Positions 50,638 to 62,630 of a DNA stretch of 64,000 nucleotides are shown piece by piece. Every line of letters starts with the position of its first letter. Position 1 is the stretch's first letter. The stretch lies in NCBI GenBank assembly GCA_963790105.1, contig CAWBNI010000015.1, forward strand, positions 1,434 through 65,433, given 5' to 3'. This stretch comes from an uncultured Bacteroidales bacterium. GTDB lineage: Bacteria; Bacteroidota; Bacteroidia; Bacteroidales; UBA10428. Under the pieces are notes generated by a model. It was given only the letters and a program-made list of their open reading frames with translations. It did not search any database and was not told the origin of the DNA. The position numbers and the translations under genes were made by a program.

Positions 50638-50646
50638 ATGAATTGT

Positions 50647-50676
50647 AAAAAAAGCCCGGATAATAATTCCGGGCTT
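50647..50676 (-). terminator. Intrinsic terminator after the ompA-porin pair
   Basis: AAGCCCGGA-loop-TCCGGGC followed by a T-tract on the minus strand. Confidence 0.8.
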
Positions 50677-50726
50677 CAAGGCGCTTAGTTACGGGCATCA
50701 CACCTTATTAACTGAGAAATGCTTTA

Positions 50727-51401
50727 TTAGAACCGGTATCCGGCAGAGATACCGAAACCGGTGTTTTTTACAGATCTCTTATCTTCGGAATCACCCTCAT
50801 AACCAGGGTTGGTTTTCAGCAAACCGAGCTGGACATTTAACTGGAAGGAAATTCCAGAACCAAATTCATATCCAGCCAGTAAATTGGCGCCTGCATCAAA
50901 AGGCTTCATATAATACTCACCATCCACCAACTGAGATGCGCTCAGATTATTTTCGAATTTTATTTTCTTTTCGACATCCGTTCCTGAATCAGATAATTTC
51001 ACCTTGCCTGCTACAGCATAGGCGATATAGGGTCCAAAGCCCAATAATAACCGGCCGCTTCCCAGAACAGGTTTAAAAATGAAATTAACGGGTAATTCAA
51101 GATAGTCTGCGGTTAGTTTTCCGGTAGTCGATCCCTCGGTATTTTTGGTTCCTTTAACACTAAACAGAAGCCCGGGCTGCAATACAAAATCGGGTGCTAT
51201 TGGCAATTCAACGTTAACTCCCGTATTAAATCCAACGATCATATCGTTTTTTAATTTGTCACCCTGAGAATCCTTGCCATTAAAATTCTGAAAGTTCACA
51301 CCTGCCCTTATACCAAATGTTATCCGGTTGTTATCCTGGGCATGTAATGCGGGGATCAGGCAAATTATGGCAATTGCAATTAAGAATACTGTTTTCTTCA
51401 T
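50727..51401 (-). CDS. Porin family outer-membrane beta-barrel
   Basis: Signal peptide, FGIRAGVNF, LQPGLLFSVKG, YLELPV, GFGPY, C-terminal GYRF. Confidence 0.9.
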   Translation of the reverse strand: MKKTVFLIAIAIICLIPALHAQDNNRITFGIRAGVNFQNFNGKDSQGDKLKNDMIVGFNTGVNVELPIAPDFVLQPGLLFSVKGTKNTEGSTTGKLTADYLELPVNFIFKPVLGSGRLLLGFGPYIAYAVAGKVKLSDSGTDVEKKIKFENNLSASQLVDGEYYMKPFDAGANLLAGYEFGSGISFQLNVQLGLLKTNPGYEGDSEDKRSVKNTGFGISAGYRF

Positions 51402-51427
51402 AGTATATTTTTTGATGGTTTAACAGA

Positions 51428-52106
51428 TTATTTTCCTTCTGCGGCTTTCTTGGCCTCAGCTTTCATCTTTTCATTTGCGGTAATGAGAAATTCAACACGG
51501 CGGTTTTGAGCCCTGCCTTCTTCCGTTTCATTGGAATATTTTGGAACATCCTCACCGAATCCGCGGGTAGTGAGACGTGAACCAGCAATATCTTTTGATT
51601 TAAGATATTTGTATACTGATTTGGCTCTTTTTACAGACAAATCCTGGTTGTAACTTTCACTCCCCACATTATCCGTGTGGCCCTGGATTTCAATATTTGT
51701 ATCAGGATATTTGTGCAGCACGGTGATGATCTTATCCAGGTTGCCCTGGGCATCAACTGGTGAGAAAAGATTTATCGAAGTCGAAAAGTATCTTTTCACT
51801 GAGCTCAACTACAATGCCTTCTCCTACCCTTTCTACTTTAGCGTCTGGCAATTCATTTTCGATTTCCTTGGCCTGTTTATCCATCTGGTTGCCAATTACA
51901 GCACCGGTTACACCACCAACTGTGGCCCCGATGATCGCCCCCAGTGCAGTATTACCGGCCGCTCTGCCAATAACTGCCCCGGCAGCAGCGCCACCGCCTG
52001 TTCCGATTATTGCACCCTTTTGGGTTTTATTCATGGAGGAACAGCCTGCTAATAACCCGAGAATTAACAAACTAAAGATTGACTGGTGTACAATGGAATT
52101 TTTCAT
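51428..52106 (-). CDS. OmpA-family lipoprotein with glycine zipper; indel near 51760
   Basis: Lipobox LAGC, GAIIG zipper, IQGHTDNVG, NQDLSVKRA, NRRVE. Confidence 0.92.
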
Positions 52107-52211
52107 AACATTATTAAATATTATGATCAAAGTTCCGACTATACGAAAGGGAAAGTATTATATAACTTTAGGATTATGTTATATTATTCACACCTTTTCA
52201 TGCTTAGTGCA

Positions 52212-53063
52212 TTAAAAAGGCACGTGGGTAACGCCACCCAGGGCGTATACCTGTTCCTTCACCCATTTTGCCCACTGCAAATGTGTTCTGGATTTGTCAA
52301 ACGTTTCATAGGATATGGGTTTTCCAAAGGTTACGGTCAACGTATCATTTTTGTGTCTGTAGGTTTCATCAACCAGGTAGAACATTTCAAGATTGGCCTT
52401 GATGCCAAGGAATTTTCTAATCTTATATAACCCGTAAAAGAAATTCGAATTGCGGCCTGTAAAATGCACCGGGATAATATCCCTGTGATAATGCACCGCC
52501 TTTGTTATAAAATTCTTATGCCACACAAGATCCATGATCTGGCCTTTTATCCGTCTTGATACAAGTCCGGCGGGAAAAGTCACAATATGGGTGTTTGACG
52601 AAAATGCTTCATCAAGTTTGGTTGCAGCCTCTATGGCCTGTTTGCCATGCTTGTTAATAGGTATAAATATCGGATGAAGGTTAATGATGTTCATGAGCAG
52701 GTCGTTCGAAAGGAACTTAAAATCTGCATAATAATGGCTCAGCACATCCATCAGTAATATTCCGTCAAATCCACCCAACGGGTGGTTGGAGGCAAATATA
52801 AACCGTCCTTCCGCCGGGAGGTTTTCATCTCCCTTAATGATCACTTTTACATTGAAATCATGGATAGCCGCCCGTGCAAAATCCAGTCCCATTTTCTCGC
52901 CATGCTTTTCAAGAAATTCATTGATGTCCTTTTGATGAGCAATCCTTTCGAGGTATCGAAATACAAATCCAGGCAAAAGCCTGGCCAAAGAAGGATTTTT
53001 GCTATAGAATATATTGCGGATGTTTACCGGCTTTATCCGGTTTAGGGTCACATTTTCCTCCAT
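52212..53063 (-). CDS. Glycerolipid acyltransferase (PlsC/LPLAT family)
   Basis: SNHPLGGFDG (HxxxxD), FPAGLVSR, IIPVHF. Confidence 0.88.
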   Translation of the reverse strand: MEENVTLNRIKPVNIRNIFYSKNPSLARLLPGFVFRYLERIAHQKDINEFLEKHGEKMGLDFARAAIHDFNVKVIIKGDENLPAEGRFIFASNHPLGGFDGILLMDVLSHYYADFKFLSNDLLMNIINLHPIFIPINKHGKQAIEAATKLDEAFSSNTHIVTFPAGLVSRRIKGQIMDLVWHKNFITKAVHYHRDIIPVHFTGRNSNFFYGLYKIRKFLGIKANLEMFYLVDETYRHKNDTLTVTFGKPISYETFDKSRTHLQWAKWVKEQVYALGGVTHVPF

Positions 53064-53182
53064 GATCGGTTAAAAGCAATTCCTGTCAAAATTATAAAAT
53101 TCATTGAATAACCTCCCGAAGGCGTAAAAACATTGTCAATGGAGCCCACAATAAATACCCTGAAGAAAAAGTTATTAACAAT

Positions 53183-53217
53183 GTGGGAAAAAATGGGAAG
53201 AAGTGGAGTAAAGTGGG
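53183..53217 (+). promoter_or_regulatory. MraZ operator: four (G/A)TGG(G/A) boxes at 10-bp period
   Basis: GTGGG 53183, ATGGG 53193, GTGGA 53203, GTGGG 53213, directly upstream of mraZ. Confidence 0.85.
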
Positions 53218-53259
53218 AATAAATAGTATATTTTTACCTTCCAAATAGAAAAACCCGAA

Positions 53260-53727
53260 ATGACCGACTTTATAGGTGATTATACCTGCAAAATAGATGA
53301 TAAAGGCCGCGTGCTTCTGCCGTCGGGCTTTCTCAGGCAGATGGCAGGCGCCATGCAGGACCGGTTTGTCATTAAAAAAGACATTTTCGATTCTTGTCTT
53401 GTTTTATATCCCATGATAGAATGGGAAAGACAAAATCAGATACTTCGCAAAAATACAAATCCTTATAACAGGGAACACAACAAGTTCCTTCGTGGATTTT
53501 TCAAAGGTGTTGCTGAAGTGGTGCTTGATGCCAGCAACCGTTTGCTTATCCCGAAACGCCTGCTTGATGAAATAGGTGCGGAAAGGGAAATTGTGATGAC
53601 GGGACAGCTGGGAAAGATTGAGATCTGGACAAAAGATGCCTATGATAAGATCGATGGCAGTGACGAAAGTTTTGCTTCACTGGCTGAAAAGATCATGGGA
53701 AACCTCAATAATGACAAGGGTGAATGA
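53260..53727 (+). CDS. mraZ: Transcriptional regulator MraZ
   Basis: DDKGRVLLP and DASNRLLIP motifs; first gene of dcw. Confidence 0.96.
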   Translation: MTDFIGDYTCKIDDKGRVLLPSGFLRQMAGAMQDRFVIKKDIFDSCLVLYPMIEWERQNQILRKNTNPYNREHNKFLRGFFKGVAEVVLDASNRLLIPKRLLDEIGAEREIVMTGQLGKIEIWTKDAYDKIDGSDESFASLAEKIMGNLNNDKGE

Positions 53728-54623
53728 GTGCCTATCATATACCGGTTCTCCTGAAGGAGAGTGTTGAAGGACTCAACATAAATCCAAAAGGAATTTATGT
53801 AGATGTCACTTTTGGTGGCGGGGGACATTCGACTGAAATACTGAAATCATTGGGAAAAGGAAAACTCTATGCTTTCGATCAGGACGAGGATGCCCTCAGA
53901 AATCTGCCCGACGACAAAAGGTTCTTTTTCATCCAGGGCAACTTCAGGTTTCTGAAAAATTATCTGAAATACGAAGGAGTTTCACAGGTAGATGGTATCC
54001 TGGCCGACCTGGGAGTTTCTTCGCATCATTTTAATGTGCCTGAACGGGGATTTACCTATCGTTCCGAGGCCGGACTTGATATGCGGATGAACAGGCATGG
54101 AAGTCTGACCGCGGAAACCATTATCAACGAATATGAAACACCGAAGCTTATCCGGCTTTTCCGTGATTACGGGGAGCTTCGGGAAGCGTCCAGGCTGGCG
54201 GCTTCTATAGAAAGAACACGCGCATCTCAGCGCATAGTATCCACCTCGCAATTGATCGGATGTATTGAGAAAATCGCTCCCCATCAGGCTGAAAACCAGT
54301 TTTTTTCAAAGGTATTCCAGGCAATTCGAATTGAAGTGAATCGTGAACTTGAAAATCTGGAGGATATGCTGAAGGGCTCTTTGGAAATGCTCAGGCCGGG
54401 AGGAAGGTTGGTTGTGATCAGTTATCATTCGCTGGAGGACAGGATGGTAAAGAATTTTATGCGTTGGGGAAATACAAGTGAACAGCCTGCCACTGATATA
54501 TATGGACATGGTCCGGAACCATTTGAACTGATTACAAGGAAGCCTGTAACAGCCAGCGAGGATGAAGTGCAGAACAATCCAAGGGCCCGAAGTGCCCATT
54601 TGAGAATTGCTGAGAAAAAATAA
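53724..54623 (+). CDS. rsmH: 16S rRNA m4C1402 methyltransferase
   Basis: HIPVLL, DVTFGGGGHS, DLGVSS, LDMRM, SYHSLEDR, NPRARSA. Confidence 0.97.
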   Translation: MSAYHIPVLLKESVEGLNINPKGIYVDVTFGGGGHSTEILKSLGKGKLYAFDQDEDALRNLPDDKRFFFIQGNFRFLKNYLKYEGVSQVDGILADLGVSSHHFNVPERGFTYRSEAGLDMRMNRHGSLTAETIINEYETPKLIRLFRDYGELREASRLAASIERTRASQRIVSTSQLIGCIEKIAPHQAENQFFSKVFQAIRIEVNRELENLEDMLKGSLEMLRPGGRLVVISYHSLEDRMVKNFMRWGNTSEQPATDIYGHGPEPFELITRKPVTASEDEVQNNPRARSAHLRIAEKK

Positions 54624-54627
54624 AGAC

Positions 54628-55062
54628 ATGAGCATGCAAAACCGAAATATAGAATTTACTGATCTTCCTACAGAAGATATGGAGCAGCCTCCTCAACTGG
54701 AAACGACGCCTAAAAGTGAACATGCCGGTTCACCTCACGAAGAGGACACGCCTAAATTCAGAATCAGGGAACTGCTGGATGGAACGATCCTGGTGCGTGA
54801 AAATGTACTGAAACAACTGCCCTTTGTTCTTTTTCTCACTCTGCTGGGAATCATCTATATCGGAAACCGCTTTCATGCGGAACGCATGGTAAGGAAGATC
54901 AGCGAAATGAAAACAGAGGTGGGTAATCTGCGTTCAGAAGAAATCACAATCACCTCTGAACTGATGAATATAAGCAGGCCTTCGGAAGTGGCTGCTCTGG
55001 TGGCATCAAAAAATATGGGCCTGAAAGAGTCGATGGTACCTCCCAAAAAAATCAGACGATAG
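54628..55062 (+). CDS. ftsL: FtsL-like cell division protein
   Basis: Single TM followed by a coiled coil, between rsmH and ftsI. Confidence 0.85.
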   Translation: MSMQNRNIEFTDLPTEDMEQPPQLETTPKSEHAGSPHEEDTPKFRIRELLDGTILVRENVLKQLPFVLFLTLLGIIYIGNRFHAERMVRKISEMKTEVGNLRSEEITITSELMNISRPSEVAALVASKNMGLKESMVPPKKIRR

Positions 55063-55071
55063 AAAAAACAG

Positions 55072-57203
55072 ATGTCAGTAAAGAAAGAAATATTACGCAG
55101 GGTAACAGTAGTATATCTGGTATTTCTTCTGATCGGACTGGTCATTGTCGGCCGGATATTCTACCTGCAGGTTTTTGAAAAGCAGAAATGGATGGACCAG
55201 GCCAATTCCTTTTCACTGAAGACAATGAATATTGAGGCCGACAGGGGCAGCATTTATGCCTCCGACGGGCGGCTGCTGGCCAGTTCAGTACCCTACTATG
55301 AAATTCATTTTGACTCCCGGTGTGAGAATCTGTCTGACAGGATGTTCAGGCAAAAAGTGGATTCCCTGGCGCTGTGCCTTTCCCGGCTTTTTGGTGACAA
55401 ATCTGCCTCTGCCTACAGGCAGGGACTGGTAAACGCCCGCCGGCAGGGAAATCGATATTATATGGTCAAAAGCGGGGTAAACTATATTCAACTGAAGAAA
55501 CTTAAGACATTTCCCATTTTCCGTCTTGGCCGTTTCAAGGGCGGACTGATCTATATGCAGGAGAACCGCCGGGTAAGGCCTCACCAGGACCTGGCAGCCA
55601 GGCTGATCGGCTATACCTCAAAAGATGAAAACGGAAACCTGGTGGGCATTGAAGGAGCATATAACGATTACCTTGCCGGAACCCAGGGTGTCAGGCTTAT
55701 GCAGCGCCTGAACGGCGATGTCTGGATGCCGATGAATGAGCGCAATGAGATTGAACCGAGGGACGGTGAAGATATCATTACTACAATCGATGTCAATTTG
55801 CAGGATGTTGCGCAGAATGCCCTGATGCGCCAGCTGATCTCCCAGGATGCTGATCATGGAACAGTGGTGGTGATGGAGGTGAAAACCGGCGAAGTAAAAG
55901 CAATGGTTAACCTGGGAAAAGATGCCCACGGTTATTACCGCGAAATACAGAATTATGCAATCAGTGAAAGCAGCGAACCCGGATCAACTTTTAAACTGGC
56001 CACCCTGATGGCCGCCATGGAAGACGGTGTAGTGGAACTTGATGATACAATTGATACAGGTGACGGTACATTTAAATATTATGACCATACTATCCGTGAT
56101 GACTCGCATGATCATGGCGGGCTGGGCAGGACCTCAGTGGAGAAGATCTTTGAATTTTCCTCCAATGTGGGCATGGCCAAGATCATTACCAGTGCATACA
56201 AGGACAAACCATCGCAGTTTATCGACCGTCTGTATGCCATGCGCCTCAATGAAAAGCTTGGAATCGATCTGAAAGGAGAAGGAAAACCTGAAATAGGCTA
56301 TCCCGGTGATAAGCACTGGTCGGGTATTTCCCTTGCCATGATCGCTCATGGTTATGAGGTAAAAATCACTCCGCTTCAGACATTGACATTTTATAATGCC
56401 ATTGCCAATAATGGAAAAATGGTAAAACCCCGCTTCGTAAAGGAGATTCGCTATCATGGCAGTCTGGTTAAACGTTTTGGACCCGAAGTTCTGCAGTCAT
56501 CCATCTGTTCGCGGTCAACCCTCCGCAAGGCTAAAAAGGTACTGGAAGGTGTTGTGGAAATTGGCACTGCAAGAAACCTCAACAACCCGCAAATAAAAAT
56601 TGCCGGAAAAACGGGTACTAATCAGATATTCAACAACAAATTCGGAGGTTACAGGACAAGGGGAGTAGTCAGTTACCAGGCCTCATTTGCAGGATATTTT
56701 CCGGCAGATGATCCGCAGTATTCCTGCATTGTGGTTGTAAATTCCCCTTCACGCAATGTTTATTATCGGCAACGCAGGTGGCCGGACCGGTATTTCTCGA
56801 AATTGCCAAAAAGGTATATGCCACTGCCACCGATATGCATCCTGTGGTGGCTGAAACCGAAGATGCCCCGCCGGATCTCCCGTTTTCCAAAACAGGAAAT
56901 CGTGATGAACTAAAGCAGGTTTTACGACAGCTCGATGTACCCATCGAAAATAAACGGATTGATGCGGAATGGGTGACTACTGAAAAACAGAATGATGCAG
57001 TTGCCCTGAACGGTCGCAAAATTATTAATGGCCTTGTTCCGAATGTAGTTTCCATGGGTGCAAAGGATGCAATATACCTCCTTGAGAATGCAGGTTTGAG
57101 GGTACGGCTGATTGGCAGGGGAAGTGTACGGAGTCAGTCGATTGACCCCGGATCACCTGCCCGAAAAGGAGATCAGATAATTCTTGAAATGAGTTTTATT
57201 TAG
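55072..57203 (+). CDS. ftsI: Penicillin-binding protein FtsI with PASTA domain; indel near 56770
   Basis: RGSIY, GIEG, EPGSTFK (SxxK), SSNVG (SxN), GKTGT, PASTA VPNV. Confidence 0.95.
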
Positions 57204-57206
57204 CGG

Positions 57207-58677
57207 ATGATAAAACTGACCGACATATTAAAGGGACTAAATATTCAGGAGATCAGAGGCAACACAAATGTTTCCCTTTCGGATATTACTTTTGATTCCC
57301 GTAAAGCAGCTCCCGGTGTGCTCTTTGTTGCTGTGAAGGGGACAAAGACCGATGGCCATGATTTTATTTCCCCTGCTCTTGCTTCGGGATCTGCAGCAGT
57401 TGTATGCGAACAAATGCCCGATAATGTTCCGGAAGGATCATGCCTGGTTCGCGTTACGGATTCTGCCTATGCACTGGGCTATCTGGCCTCCGCTTTTTAT
57501 GACAATCCTTCCCGACGGTTTAAGCTGGTTGGAATTACAGGTACAAACGGAAAAACTACCACAATAACCCTGCTTCACAGGCTTTTCATGGGATTGGGAT
57601 ACCAATCGGGATGTTTCACCACCATCCGAAATTATATTGGCAATTCAACAGTTGAAGCAACACATACAACACCCGATCCTGTTCAGCTGAACAGGATCAT
57701 GAAAGAAATGGCTGATGCCGGATGCGAATATGTCTTTATGGAAGTCAGTTCCCATGCCCTGGCTCAGAAAAGGGTGGCCGGATTGACTTTTGCCGGTGGC
57801 ATCTTTTCAAATATCACCCACGATCATCTCGATTATCATAAAACTTTTGATGAATACCTGAAAGCCAAAAAGCTGTTTTTTGATAACCTGCCTGCAGGCA
57901 GCTTTGCCTGTATTAACGCGGATGACCGGAATGGAAGGGTCATGGTGCAAAATACCCGGGCCTCGGTCCACTATTATGGGATACGTTCCATGGCTGAATT
58001 TAAGGCACGTATCATGGAAAGCCATATAAACGGAACACTGCTCACCATCGACGATCACGAGCTATGGACCCGGTTTATCGGTGAATTCAATGCATACAAT
58101 CTGCTGGCGGTATATTCAACTGCCATTCTGCTTGGCCAGGATAAGGCAGAAACTTTACGGGTGCTGAGCTCTCTGGATACAGTGGAAGGACGGTTTCAAT
58201 ATTTGCGGTCGGATGAAGGTGTTACTGCCGTAATTGACTATGCACATACCCCGGATGCAATATTAAATGTACTGAAAACCATTGGCCAGATCAAAAAAGG
58301 AAATGAAAAGGTGATTTCAGTGATCGGGGCAGGCGGTAACCGTGACAAGACCAAGCGGCCTGAAATGGCTAAAGTGGCAGCCAGCCTGAGCGATAAACTT
58401 ATTCTCACATCCGATAATCCACGCGACGAGGAACCTGAAGATATCATCAATGATATGAAATCAGGCTTAAATGAGCAGATGCTCCGGAATACGATTATAC
58501 AGACCGACCGGCGGGAAGCTATACAGAACAGCTTGTATGATGGCAAACAAGGGAGATATCATTCTGATCGCCGGCAAAGGACATGAAACTTACCAGGAGA
58601 TCAGGGGTGTCAAACACCACTTCAGTGACCGGGAAGTGGTCTCGGAATTGTTCGGTTTAAAATCAACTAATCCTTAA
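57207..58677 (+). CDS. murE: UDP-MurNAc-tripeptide synthetase; indel near 58525
   Basis: [38 protein letters not shown] (DAP specificity), AGKGHE. Confidence 0.97.
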
Positions 58678-58688
58678 TCCGCCGTAGT

Positions 58689-59939
58689 ATGCTGTATTTT
58701 TTAGCCCATTATCTGGATCAATTCGATTTCCCTGGCGCCCGCCTGTTTAATTATATTTCCTTCCGGTCAGCAATGGCGATCATCACCTCATTGCTTATTT
58801 CCACGTTGTATGGAAAGGTGATTATCCGCAAACTGCAAAAGGCACAGATCGGGGAAACTATCCGTGACCTGGGCCTCGAAGGACAGATGCAGAAGAAAGG
58901 CACCCCTACCATGGGCGGATTGATCATCCATGCTTCCATCATCATCCCGGTTGTGCTTTTTGGGAACCTGAAGAACATCTATATGCTTCTGATGATCTTT
59001 ATAACCGTATGGCTGGGTTCCATCGGATTTATCGATGACTATATCAAGGTATTTAAAAAGAATAAGGAAGGATTGCGTGGCAAATTCAAGGTCTTCGCCC
59101 AGATAATTGCCGGCGTGGTTGTCGGGCTCACGCTTCATTTTAATGACAACATCGTGGCCAGGGAAAAGGTGCTTAATATGCATGGCATTCCGATTACCCG
59201 CACCATAAAAGGAGAAAAGGGAGAAAAAGCCACGATATCCTATGTAACCCGCGAAGTAAAATCAACCAAGGTGAATGTACCTTTTTTCAAAAACAATGAA
59301 TTTGACTATGCGAAGCTGGTTTGGTTCCTGGGCGATAAAGCGGCCAAATGGGCATGGGTGGCTGTGATTCTTGCAGTGATATTCCTGATCACCTTTGTGT
59401 CGAACGGAACCAATCTCACCGACGGGCTGGATGGACTGGCGGCGGGGACGTCCGCGATCATCGGGCTTACCCTGGGCATCCTGGCGTATGTATCAGGCAA
59501 TGCCATTATTTCGGATTACCTGAATATAATGTACCTCCCCAGCACGGGAGAACTGGTTGTCTATATTTCGGCATTCATTGGTGCACTTATCGGATTCCTG
59601 TGGTACAACTCCTATCCTGCCCAGGTTTTCATGGGCGATACCGGCAGTCTGGCTATTGGAGGCATCATTGCAGTATTTGCCATACTCATCCGCAAGGAAT
59701 TGCTAATCCCGCTGCTGTGCGGCATCTTCGTTGCTGAAAGCCTGAGCGTGGTTCTGCAGGTGAGCTGGTTCAAATTTACACGAATGCGATTCGGACAGGG
59801 AAGAAGGATTTTCCTGATGTCGCCTCTTCACCATCATTTTCAGAAACTCAATTATCCTGAACCCAAGATCGTTACACGATTCTGGGTTGTTGGTATCTTA
59901 CTGGCTATTATTACAATTGTTACCTTAAAAATCAGATAA
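58689..59939 (+). CDS. mraY: Phospho-MurNAc-pentapeptide transferase
   Basis: [37 protein letters not shown]. Confidence 0.98.
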   Translation: MLYFLAHYLDQFDFPGARLFNYISFRSAMAIITSLLISTLYGKVIIRKLQKAQIGETIRDLGLEGQMQKKGTPTMGGLIIHASIIIPVVLFGNLKNIYMLLMIFITVWLGSIGFIDDYIKVFKKNKEGLRGKFKVFAQIIAGVVVGLTLHFNDNIVAREKVLNMHGIPITRTIKGEKGEKATISYVTREVKSTKVNVPFFKNNEFDYAKLVWFLGDKAAKWAWVAVILAVIFLITFVSNGTNLTDGLDGLAAGTSAIIGLTLGILAYVSGNAIISDYLNIMYLPSTGELVVYISAFIGALIGFLWYNSYPAQVFMGDTGSLAIGGIIAVFAILIRKELLIPLLCGIFVAESLSVVLQVSWFKFTRMRFGQGRRIFLMSPLHHHFQKLNYPEPKIVTRFWVVGILLAIITIVTLKIR

Positions 59940-59941
59940 AA

Positions 59942-61280
59942 ATGGAAAAACGAATTGTCATCCTTGGGGCTGGAGAAAGCGGAGCCGGAGCAGCCGTATT
60001 GGCAAAAAAACAAGGTTTTGAAGTTTTTGTCTCCGATTATGGAAGGATCAAGGATACTTATAAGGAATTGTTATTCAATTATGAAATTGAATGGGAAGAA
60101 GGTAAACACACCGAACGGCTGATCCTGAATGCCGACGAGGTGATCAAGAGTCCGGGAATTTCAGAGAAATCCGATATAATCATTGCGATCCGGAAAAAAG
60201 GGATCAAGATCATTTCTGAAATTGAATTTGCAGGCCGTTATACGCATGGCCAAAAAGATCTGCATCACCGGTTCAAACGGAAAAACCACCACCACTTCCC
60301 TCATCCATCATATGATGCGAAAGGCAGGACTGAATGCGGGTCTGGCCGGGAACATCGGCAAGAGCTTTGCCCTGCAGGTTGCCACGGAAAATTATGATTA
60401 TTATGTAATTGAACTCAGCAGCTTCCAGCTCGACGGCATGTTCGAATTCAAGGCCGACATTGCCATATTGCTGAATATTACACCCGATCACCTTGATCGG
60501 TATGATTACAATATTCAAAACTATGTGGATTCAAAGCTGAGGATCAGCCAGAATCTGAGCGAGGAAGATTTCTTCGTGTATTGCTCCGATGATGAGATCA
60601 CGATCCGGGAACTCGAGAAGATCGTGATGAAGGCAAAGCAACTCGGTTTTACACTGAAAGAAGCACGTCAGCCCGGGGCCTACATTGAAGGGGATATGAT
60701 GAAGATCGAGGTGGACGATGAATCGTTTGAAATGTCATTGGCCGAACTCGCTCTGAAAGGAAGACACAATGTATATAATTCAATGGCAGCAGGCATAGCA
60801 GGCAGCGTTTTGAAAATAAGAAAACCCATTATTCGTGAAAGCCTTATGGACTTCACAGGGGTTGAACACCGCCTGGAACGATTCATTAAAGTGCATGGCA
60901 TCGATTTTATAAACGATTCAAAAGCCACCAATGTGAATTCAACCTGGTATGCCCTTGAAAGTATGACAACACCGGTAATATGGATAGCCGGTGGAACCGA
61001 TAAGGGAAATGATTATAATGAACTGCTGGATCTTGTAAAAACCAAGGTGAAAGCCCTTGTATGCCTTGGTGTTGATAATTCAAAACTGCATAAGGCCTTT
61101 GATGGGGTAATCCCGGATATAGTGGATACCCGGTCAATGAAGGAAGCGGTTCAGGCTGCATACAGGCTGGGAAAGAAGGATGATACGGTATTATTGTCCC
61201 CCGCCTGTGCAAGCTTTGACCTTTTTGAGAACTATGAGGACCGGGGCCGTCAGTTTAAGAATTATGTAAGGGAACTATGA
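59942..61280 (+). CDS. murD: UDP-MurNAc-L-Ala:D-Glu ligase; indel near 60245
   Basis: GAGESG, ITGSNGKTTT, ELSSFQL, DHLDRY, NDSKATN, SPACASFD. Confidence 0.97.
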
Positions 61281-61284
61281 AAAC

Positions 61285-61420
61285 AGTAAGGAGTAGGGAG
61301 TAGGGAGTAAGGAGTAATGAAATAGATACGAACTGAAAAATTTAAGTGAAAAAAAATAAAAACATCATAATGACCCCGAAGGGGTCTGATATCAATAACC
61401 GTGGGTGCAACCCACGGAGT
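61285..61420. repeat. Intergenic insert: AGTA(A/G)GG heptamers plus a REP-like double hairpin
   Basis: agtaaggagtagggagtagggagtaaggagtaa; GACCCCGAAGGGGTC; CCGTGGGT-GCA-ACCCACGG. Confidence 0.75.
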
Positions 61421-61448
61421 GCGGGTAGCAACTGTCAACTAAACTGGA

Positions 61449-62630
61449 ATGTTTAAAAAATACTTCAAAGGTGACCCGGTGATCTGGATAGTGATCCTGC
61501 TGCTATCCATCTTTTCCCTGCTGGCGGTGTACAGTTCCACAGGGTCACTGGCTTACCGTTTCCAGGGAGGCAACACCAGCTATTATATACTCAAGCATGC
61601 TACCATTCTGGCCATGGGCATTGTGATTACCTATGTTACCCACCTGATACCTTATAAATATTTCTCCCGGATAGCCCAGGTCCTGCTGGTTCTGGCCATA
61701 CCCCTGCTGATCGTTACGCTTGTTTTCGGTGTTACGCGCAACCAGGCATCACGCTGGCTCAGTGTACCGGGATTAGGACTTACCTTTCAGACATCGGATA
61801 TCGCCAAACTGGCCATTGTTATGTATATAGCCCGTATCCTTGCAAAAAAACAGGAAAATATAAAGGATTTCAAAACCGCATTCAAACCGATTGTAATTCC
61901 GCTGATGTTAGTATGCGTGCTTGTTCTTCCGGCCAATTTGTCTACTTCGATGCTTATTTTTGCCACGGCCTTTATTCTTATGTTTATTGGCCGGATCAAC
62001 CTGAAACACCTGCTTGGTATGGTGGGTGTTATCATCCTGTTGCTTGGATCCTTTATTGCCGTGGCGCTTTCGTACGACTGGCAGGGCCGGATCGGCACCT
62101 GGAAGAATCGTATTGAAAATTATACAAGCTCAGAGGGAGGGGACAGTTACCAGGTTAGCCAGGCAAAGATTGCCATTGTAAGCGGCGGACTTGTGAAACT
62201 CAGGCCGGGAAAGAGCATTCAGCGCAATTTCCTTCCGCATCCTTACTCGGATTTTATTTACGCAATTATAATTGAGGAATATGGCCTGGCGGGAGGCGTC
62301 GTAGTGCTCGTGCTGTATCTGTGGTTATTATTCAGATCGGCGGTTCTGGTAAAAAAGAGCTCACGAACCTTTCCTGCCTTTCTTGCCATTGGCCTGGCGG
62401 TAATGATTACCTTCCAGGCCATAATAAACATGGCCGTAGTGGTTAACCTGCTTCCTGTAACAGGTCAGCCCCTGCCAATGATCAGCATGGGCGGATCATC
62501 GCTGCTATTTACCTGTGTTGCCCTGGGCATCATACAGAGTGTCAGCCGCGGTATCAAACAACAGCAGGAAGTATCAGAAGCTATCATAACCGAACAACCC
62601 CAACCCAATGGAGAAGAAGTATATAATTAG
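61449..62630 (+). CDS. ftsW: SEDS peptidoglycan polymerase FtsW
   Basis: About 10 TM, ASRWL, FQTSD, LPHPYSDFIY, PVTGQPLPMISMGGSS. Confidence 0.95.
   Translation: MFKKYFKGDPVIWIVILLLSIFSLLAVYSSTGSLAYRFQGGNTSYYILKHATILAMGIVITYVTHLIPYKYFSRIAQVLLVLAIPLLIVTLVFGVTRNQASRWLSVPGLGLTFQTSDIAKLAIVMYIARILAKKQENIKDFKTAFKPIVIPLMLVCVLVLPANLSTSMLIFATAFILMFIGRINLKHLLGMVGVIILLLGSFIAVALSYDWQGRIGTWKNRIENYTSSEGGDSYQVSQAKIAIVSGGLVKLRPGKSIQRNFLPHPYSDFIYAIIIEEYGLAGGVVVLVLYLWLLFRSAVLVKKSSRTFPAFLAIGLAVMITFQAIINMAVVVNLLPVTGQPLPMISMGGSSLLFTCVALGIIQSVSRGIKQQQEVSEAIITEQPQPNGEEVYN

Noticed and set aside
57207-59939. murF missing between murE and mraY
   Set aside because: Normal dcw organisation in Bacteroidota.
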